Assembly (NCBI GenBank): GCA_019322815.1 | Contig: JAHWIB010000028.1 | Coordinates: 1-16,504 of the forward strand | DNA from: Candidatus Woesearchaeota archaeon | Lineage (GTDB): Archaea; Nanobdellota; Nanobdellia; Woesearchaeales; WJKL01 | Length of the DNA: 16,504 bases | Direction: 5' to 3' | Part shown: piece by piece, positions 11,935 to 16,504 of the stretch | Numbering within the stretch: the first letter of the stretch is position 1 | How the letters are laid out: each line of letters starts with the position of its first letter | Position numbers and translations under genes: made by a program | The notes under the pieces: model-generated | Told to the model about the DNA's origin: nothing | Database searches by the model: none | Seen by the model: the letters and a program-made list of their open reading frames with translations, nothing else

Positions 11935-12918
11935 TTATTTATTTAGAATCAGCATTGCATCTCCAAAACTAAAGAACCTGTATTTATTTTTGACTGCTAA
12001 TTTATATGCACTTAAAATCTTTTTTCTTCCTGTGAATGCACTTACTAGCATCAATAAAGTGGATTTAGGCAGATGAAAGTTTGTTATTAAGCCATCAATC
12101 TTTGTCTTAAACTTATAACCTGGCTTAATGAAAATCTCTGTTTCTCCTTTTTTTGGAATAATTTTATTGTTTTTGTTTGCTGATTCTAATGTTCTTACTG
12201 ATGTTGTTCCAACAACAAATAATCTTCCTTTTCTTTTGTTTATAATATCTGCATTCTTTTTGTTTATTTCAAAATATTCTTTATGCAATGTTTTTTTATT
12301 AATATTTCTTACAGGCAGAAATGTTCCAAAGTCAACATGCAATGTAACTTTTGCAATTCTTATCCCTTTTTTCTTGATTTTAGATAATAATCTTTTTGTA
12401 AAATGCAGTCCAGCTGTCGGCGCTGCAATGCTTCCTTTTTTATTTGAATAAACTGTCTGGTATTGAGAATTTTTTTCTAGCTTTCTTTTAACATAAGGAG
12501 GAAGGGGCAATTGCCCAATAGATCCCATTATCTTGTTAACATCTTCATCAAATTCAACTGTGAAATGATCTTCATCCTGATCTATTATTTCTGCTTTATA
12601 TTTATTGAAGATCAATTTATTACCCACTCTTGGATTAGTTGCTTTTATCCTGCATTTGTATTTGTTTTTATCAATTTCTTCAATAATCAATTCAACTTTT
12701 GCTCCTGTTGTCTTTTTTCCTGTTAATTTAGCTGGAATCACTTTTGTTTCATTTACAACTAAAACATCTCCTTTATTCAAATAATCTAGGATGTTGTAGA
12801 ATTTCTTATGATGGATTTTTTTGTTTATTATCATTAATTTAGAATTATCCCTAGGTGAAACTGGAAACTGTGCAATAAATTCTTTTGGAAGATTATAATC
12901 AAAGTCAGATAATTTCAT
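11935..12918 (-). CDS. queA: S-adenosylmethionine:tRNA ribosyltransferase-isomerase
   Basis: Colinear with E. coli QueA as I recall it: MKLSDFDYNLPKEFIAQFP, PLPPY, YQTVYS...GSIAAPTAGLHF, VTLHV..GTF.PV, VGTTSVRTLES, ITNFHLPKSTLLMLVSAF, YRFFSFGDAMLI. Confidence 0.92.
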   Translation of the reverse strand: MKLSDFDYNLPKEFIAQFPVSPRDNSKLMIINKKIHHKKFYNILDYLNKGDVLVVNETKVIPAKLTGKKTTGAKVELIIEEIDKNKYKCRIKATNPRVGNKLIFNKYKAEIIDQDEDHFTVEFDEDVNKIMGSIGQLPLPPYVKRKLEKNSQYQTVYSNKKGSIAAPTAGLHFTKRLLSKIKKKGIRIAKVTLHVDFGTFLPVRNINKKTLHKEYFEINKKNADIINKRKGRLFVVGTTSVRTLESANKNNKIIPKKGETEIFIKPGYKFKTKIDGLITNFHLPKSTLLMLVSAFTGRKKILSAYKLAVKNKYRFFSFGDAMLILNK

Positions 12919-12942
12919 ATTTTTAAAAAGAAAAAGAAGAAT

Positions 12943-12950
12943 AATATAAA
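12943..12950 (-). promoter_or_regulatory. TATA box (TTTATATT on the minus strand) for queA; leaderless spacing
   Basis: First T, at 12950, lies 32 nt upstream of the ATG at 12918. Confidence 0.45.
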
Positions 12951-12955
12951 ATTAA

Positions 12956-13369
12956 CTAATCAAGCTTAGTGAATTTTAATATAACTCTGGTAGATGCCGG
13001 GCCAAAATATGTTACTGCCAGCAAAGAATTTCCATCTAAAGAACAGATTTTGTTGAATTCCTTTGTATCTAAAGCACTGCATTCATCATATAAATCTACA
13101 TCTTCTTCTCCATCCATATATGATTGAAAATCACTAGGGGATCTGAATATGTTGATATCTATATTTCTAATTGAGTCAACTGAGATATTATATCTGCCTT
13201 CAGGTATGCTGTGAAAATATTTAGTGTCTCCAAATTCAAGATTAAATATTTCAGTTTGAGGAGCAGGCTTTTGATTTTTACCTGCCTCCATTCCCTGCTT
13301 AAAACTATCAACTAAACTGCAGCTGCTAAGAAAAACTGCTAAAATAATCAATCCAATTATTTTTTTCAT
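12956..13369 (-). CDS. predicted lipoprotein (137 aa), unknown function
   Basis: Signal peptide MKKIIGLIILAVFLSSC with lipobox LSSC. GAGAGGT Shine-Dalgarno upstream. Last gene of a tightly packed minus-strand operon. Confidence 0.65.
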   Translation of the reverse strand: MKKIIGLIILAVFLSSCSLVDSFKQGMEAGKNQKPAPQTEIFNLEFGDTKYFHSIPEGRYNISVDSIRNIDINIFRSPSDFQSYMDGEEDVDLYDECSALDTKEFNKICSLDGNSLLAVTYFGPASTRVILKFTKLD

Positions 13370-13370
13370 T

Positions 13371-13562
13371 TTAACCTCTCTTTCTTCTGAAAAGCAGCAG
13401 ATAAACTATTGGAAGTATTCCTGCTGTGTTTAATATGAATATAAGAACAAACCATATAAGCTGCTTGTTTCTTCCGCATTTCCACAATGCAATTCCTTTC
13501 CATACCATTTCCCAAGCCACTATAAAAGTGATTATTGGGATTAAAAAATCTTGCCATGCCAT
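13371..13562 (-). CDS. small two-TM membrane protein, DUF5652-like (63 aa)
   Basis: WKGIALWKCGRNKQLIWFVLIFILNTAGILPIVYLL matches my recollection of DUF5652 (WKG.ALWKAAR..Q..WF.......T.GILEI.YL). A perfect GGAGGTGA Shine-Dalgarno (13567-13574 on the plus strand as tcacctcc) ends 5 nt before this ATG. The competing frame 13366..13557 has no such site. Confidence 0.65.
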   Translation of the reverse strand: MAWQDFLIPIITFIVAWEMVWKGIALWKCGRNKQLIWFVLIFILNTAGILPIVYLLLFRRKRG

Positions 13563-13574
13563 TTTTTCACCTCC

Positions 13575-14930
13575 TTAAGTTTTTGGTTTATATAAAAGCC
13601 TTAGTTTTCTAGGATAAGTCATCAAAAATCCTACATGAAATCTTTCTATCATTATAGTATGCACTAATTTAAAAAATATTTTATTATAACTAATGTCATA
13701 TACTTTTCTTACTTCTTTCAATTTAGGAAGAAATGTAAAAGAGATTACATATCTTAATATTCCTGATATTAAAAATACTAGATAATATTTTGTCCAGAAC
13801 AGATTATTATATTTTACTATCAAGCTTCCAATTGTTGTCCCTAAAAATATCATAATGCCATTTATGACATTATAATAAGATATGCATCTTGGCCTTTTTT
13901 CAGGGGTTGTTGTATCAAATATAAAATTAAATGAACTTAATTCAAATCCAGCCCAGCTTATTCCAGCAAGAAGCTGTATAAATATCATATAATATATATT
14001 AGTGGAAAATAACCATAATATAGGAACAATAGGCATGACAAAACCATTCAATGCCATTATCTTCTTTGTTCCGTAGATATCAATAAAAGAACCCCATATA
14101 GGAAGAGAGATATATTTTGCAACAAAAGCAGAAACAATTATGATCATATAAGCAATATAACTAAGGTTTAGATCATAAAGCCAATAAGCGACAAAAAAAG
14201 GCCCGGCTATATAAACTGAAAAATTCATAAAAGCTAAGAAAAGAACAAGCATCCCAAAGTTTCTATATCTTATCTGCTTCAAAAATGATTTGAAAGTAAA
14301 TTTATCTTTTTCCCTTACATATAATCCAGGATCATATTTTTTATTAAGAAATAAAACTGAGATTAATCTTGCAACCATAGCTGCTGAAAAAAGAGCAGCA
14401 AATCCTAAATATTGTTTTGTTATCCCATCCTTAAGAACATCCAGGATAATACCTCCCAAAGACACTGAAATCAAAGTTATTAATCCTATAATCCTGCTTC
14501 TGTTTCCAAAATATTTTCCTCTTTCATTTGGATTGACTAAATCGCTTATCCAGCTGTTCCATGCAGGAGCAGATATCATGCCGCTGACCAAATAGATTAT
14601 AACAAATAATATCAGAAAATAAACACTCCAATTATGCAAATAAAAAACAAAGATTATTGGGATCCACATCAATGCCTGTATTAAAGCAGTAACAACAACA
14701 AACTTTTTTCTTGAATTAAAAAGTTTAATCAGTTTCATGGAAAAAAATTGGGATAGTGACCCTAACAGCAAAGGCAGAGAAGTCAATAATCCTATCTGTA
14801 CATCGCTTGCTCTCAAGAATACAGCAAAAGCAGCAAGGTAAGTCTCTCCAAATCCAAACATAACTGCCCAGAAACTTCCATCTAAGATTGAGTATTTCAA
14901 GCTTTTCTCTATTTTTTTCTGGTTAGTCAT
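13575..14930 (-). CDS. MFS-type transporter (451 aa, about 12 TM segments)
   Basis: Highly hydrophobic, with the 6+6 TM organisation and central loop typical of the major facilitator superfamily. Substrate unknown. Confidence 0.75.
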   Translation of the reverse strand: MTNQKKIEKSLKYSILDGSFWAVMFGFGETYLAAFAVFLRASDVQIGLLTSLPLLLGSLSQFFSMKLIKLFNSRKKFVVVTALIQALMWIPIIFVFYLHNWSVYFLILFVIIYLVSGMISAPAWNSWISDLVNPNERGKYFGNRSRIIGLITLISVSLGGIILDVLKDGITKQYLGFAALFSAAMVARLISVLFLNKKYDPGLYVREKDKFTFKSFLKQIRYRNFGMLVLFLAFMNFSVYIAGPFFVAYWLYDLNLSYIAYMIIIVSAFVAKYISLPIWGSFIDIYGTKKIMALNGFVMPIVPILWLFSTNIYYMIFIQLLAGISWAGFELSSFNFIFDTTTPEKRPRCISYYNVINGIMIFLGTTIGSLIVKYNNLFWTKYYLVFLISGILRYVISFTFLPKLKEVRKVYDISYNKIFFKLVHTIMIERFHVGFLMTYPRKLRLLYKPKT

Positions 14931-14936
14931 TGTAAA

Positions 14937-15476
14937 TTATTTTTGTTCTACAATAGGTGGTTTTGGTTTTGAGATAACTTTTTGCCCTAATTCTTCAATA
15001 ACTTTTATAAATAATTCTGCAGAAGAATTTTTTATAAAGCTGTCATTTGAAAAAACATAAGATTCTTTAATTTCTATCAACCCAGGAAGTCTTGACTGAA
15101 GCAATCTAAAAAAATTGCTGTATTCGCTTACATCTCTAAAACCGAAAAGAACAATATGTGTGATATAAGTCTGAGGAACACTTATCAATAATATTACATT
15201 AGGATGGGAAAATATTTCATTTATCTCTTTTTTGTGTTTTCTAAATGCTTTTGGCATTATTTTAACCAAAGTAAGCGCAAAACATTTTATTCCTAATTTT
15301 TCATAATCTAATACTGTTTCAAATTTGTTAATCAATCCTTTATTATTTATGCTCTTTCTTATTTTTCCAACTCCTTGGACAGATATCTTTAGTTTTTCTG
15401 CAAGCTCTTTATTAGTTGTTTTAGGGTTTGTTATCAGCTCATTTAGAATAATCTTTTCATTATTAGTTAGTTTCAT
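14937..15476 (-). CDS. Lrp/AsnC-like winged-helix transcriptional regulator with C-terminal extension (179 aa)
   Basis: The N-terminus LTNNEKIILNELITNPKTTNKELAEKLKISVQGVGKIRKSINNKGLI is an HTH of the Lrp/AsnC/TrmB type. First gene of the minus-strand operon, 6 nt upstream of the MFS gene. Confidence 0.7.
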   Translation of the reverse strand: MKLTNNEKIILNELITNPKTTNKELAEKLKISVQGVGKIRKSINNKGLINKFETVLDYEKLGIKCFALTLVKIMPKAFRKHKKEINEIFSHPNVILLISVPQTYITHIVLFGFRDVSEYSNFFRLLQSRLPGLIEIKESYVFSNDSFIKNSSAELFIKVIEELGQKVISKPKPPIVEQK

Positions 15477-15493
15477 TATTAAATAGTAAAAGA

Positions 15494-15534
15494 AAACTAA
15501 TATTTAAATGTTTTCTTTTTGAAACTAATATTTA
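15494..15534. promoter_or_regulatory. two copies of the 13-nt direct repeat AAACTAATATTTA (15494-15506, 15522-15534), candidate regulator binding sites
   Basis: Exact 13-mer repeated at 28-bp spacing. The first copy overlaps the TATA box of the Lrp-like gene. Confidence 0.35.
15501..15508 (-). promoter_or_regulatory. TATA box (TTTAAATA on the minus strand) for the Lrp-like gene/operon; leaderless spacing
   Basis: First T, at 15508, lies 32 nt upstream of the ATG at 15476. Confidence 0.5.
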
Positions 15535-15555
15535 TTTAATAGTTTCATAAATAAA

Positions 15556-15582
15556 CCAAAGCTTTATAAAAACAGGCTTTGG
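15556..15582 (+). promoter_or_regulatory. TATA box TTTATAAA (15563-15570) embedded between inverted repeats CCAAAGC (15556-15562) and GCTTTGG (15576-15582)
   Basis: First T of the TATA lies 32 nt upstream of the ATG at 15595. 7-bp perfect inverted repeats bracket it. Confidence 0.45.
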
Positions 15583-15594
15583 CCTTAATATAAA

Positions 15595-15834
15595 ATGACA
15601 ACCAAATTGCAAGAAAGACAAACAATCGATAGTACAGTAGCTGATGTTAGAAGTCAGTATATTCCTGAATCAAGAGAGTATATGCCTCAAACTAAAAGAT
15701 ATAAGCCTGCAGAAAAAGATATATCTCAGGATTATGTTAAAAGTATGAAAGCTAAGTTCTTGGATTGGTATTTTGGACTGCCTAAAAAAGGGGATCCAAG
15801 AAGAAAAGAATATCTAGCTATTTTTTCTAATTAA
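15595..15834 (+). CDS. hypothetical protein (79 aa)
   Basis: Intact ORF with a TATA box at leaderless spacing. No recognisable family. Its 3' end overlaps the convergent rsmI by 8 nt. Confidence 0.5.
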   Translation: MTTKLQERQTIDSTVADVRSQYIPESREYMPQTKRYKPAEKDISQDYVKSMKAKFLDWYFGLPKKGDPRRKEYLAIFSN

Positions 15835-16483
15835 TAATTAAAACAATCTCTCCTTTTAATTTTTTTACTTTTTGATAAACTTCTTTTACCTTTCCTCTTA
15901 TAAACTCTTCAAATTTCTTTGTCAGTTCTCTTGCTATTACAATATTTTTTTCAGGGATTATTTCATCCATTAATCTTAATGTTCTTATGATTCTATGAGG
16001 GCTTTCATAATAGATGAATGTTAAGTTTTCTGTTTTTGATATCCAGAACAGAACATCTCTTAGTTTTTTTTCTTTTTTTGGCAGAAATCCAAAAAATCCA
16101 AATTTATCAGTTGGCAGGCCTGAGCAGACTAATGCTGAAATTATTGCTGTCGGGCCTGGAATTGGGCTTATCTGGATATTGTATTTTACTGCTTCTCTTA
16201 CTAAGTAGAATCCTGGATCACTGATTCCTGGTGTTCCTGAATCTGAAACTAAAGCCAAGTCTTTTCCTTGTTTTAACAGTTCAATCGCTTTTTGTGTAAC
16301 TCTTGTTTTATTTATATCATTATATGAGATAATCTCTTTATCTTTAATCATATATTCTCTTAACAAAATTTTAGTTCTTCTTGTATCTTCTGCAAGAATT
16401 AAGTCTGCTTCTCTTAATGTATCAACTGCTCTTAATGTGATATCTTTAAGATTTCCTATTGGTGTTGAAACAATGTATAACAT
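15827..16483 (-). CDS. rsmI: 16S rRNA (cytidine-2'-O)-methyltransferase RsmI-like (tetrapyrrole-methylase fold)
   Basis: The N-terminus MLYIVSTPIGNLKDITLRAVDTLREADLILAEDTRRT matches the RsmI signature (LY.V.TPIGNL.DIT.RA...L...D.I.AEDTR.T). Also SDSGTPGISDPG and ESPHR motifs. Confidence 0.85.
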   Translation of the reverse strand: MLYIVSTPIGNLKDITLRAVDTLREADLILAEDTRRTKILLREYMIKDKEIISYNDINKTRVTQKAIELLKQGKDLALVSDSGTPGISDPGFYLVREAVKYNIQISPIPGPTAIISALVCSGLPTDKFGFFGFLPKKEKKLRDVLFWISKTENLTFIYYESPHRIIRTLRLMDEIIPEKNIVIARELTKKFEEFIRGKVKEVYQKVKKLKGEIVLIIN

Positions 16484-16504
16484 AATAATAAAATAAAAAT
16501 AAAG

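Noticed and set aside
13366-13557. Alternative 63-aa ORF overlapping the DUF5652-like gene in another frame.
   Set aside because: It has no Shine-Dalgarno or TATA signal and a non-membrane, low-plausibility sequence. The 13371..13562 frame has a perfect GGAGGTGA and a recognisable family pattern.
161-16224. Remaining short track ORFs opposite to, or out of frame with, confident genes: 161..373, 1067..1261, 1634..1915, 8449..8655, 9002..9217, 9364..9696, 9909..10148, 11721..11906, 11738..11932, 12128..12451, 12511..12726, 14290..14595, 16014..16208, 16018..16224.
   Set aside because: All are embedded in better-supported genes or tRNA/promoter regions, have low-complexity translations typical of AT-rich shadow frames, and lack start signals.
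1-16504. Possibility that the contig is bacterial (CPR-like), given queA, queH, rsmI, the DUF883 pair and the OMP-like protein. I also searched for CRISPR arrays and rRNA genes.
   Set aside because: Short multi-intron tRNAs, TATA boxes at a fixed 31-32 nt from ten transcription-unit starts, and oligo-T terminators all fit archaeal gene expression better. No CRISPR-like spaced repeats or rRNA segments are visible. Domain assignment still needs marker genes from outside this window.

Overview
AT-rich 16.5 kb window with about 21 protein genes, 3 tRNA genes and one small non-autonomous mobile element. No database search was run; all family names come from motifs I recognise in the translations.

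The transcription and RNA-processing signals look archaeal, probably DPANN-like:
- Two of the three tRNAs (Ala-GGC, Met/Ile2-CAT) each carry two short non-group-I introns, one in the anticodon loop and one in the T-loop.
- An 8-bp TATA box (TTTAAATA, TTTATAAA or similar) starts 31-32 nt upstream of all three mature tRNA 5' ends and of seven start codons, which implies leaderless mRNAs.
- Oligo-T tracts follow genes, and internal operon genes carry GGAGGTGA-type Shine-Dalgarno sites.

Several genes are nevertheless classically bacterial: queA, queH, rsmI, a DUF883/YqjD-like plus YqjE-like pair, and an OMP-beta-barrel-like lipoprotein.

Best candidate for a novel system: a translationally coupled two-gene surface module on the minus strand (3000-7105).
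- The first gene encodes a 1183-aa secreted protein with no anchor. It is built from ten ~67-aa, 8-cysteine modules that I cannot assign to a named family, split 3+7 by a 5-6 blade propeller-like region.
- The second gene overlaps it by 4 bp (ATGA) and encodes a 185-aa lipobox protein with an amphipathic beta-strand pattern ending in ...GYWF.

Other notable items:
- A 121-bp MITE-like element with 12-bp perfect terminal inverted repeats and a 10-bp target-site duplication, just upstream of tRNA-Ala.
- A promoter-bearing 114-codon ORF interrupted by a single in-frame TGA.
- Dyad and direct-repeat operator candidates in two promoter regions.
- A 111-bp perfect duplication at a 201-bp period inside the giant gene.
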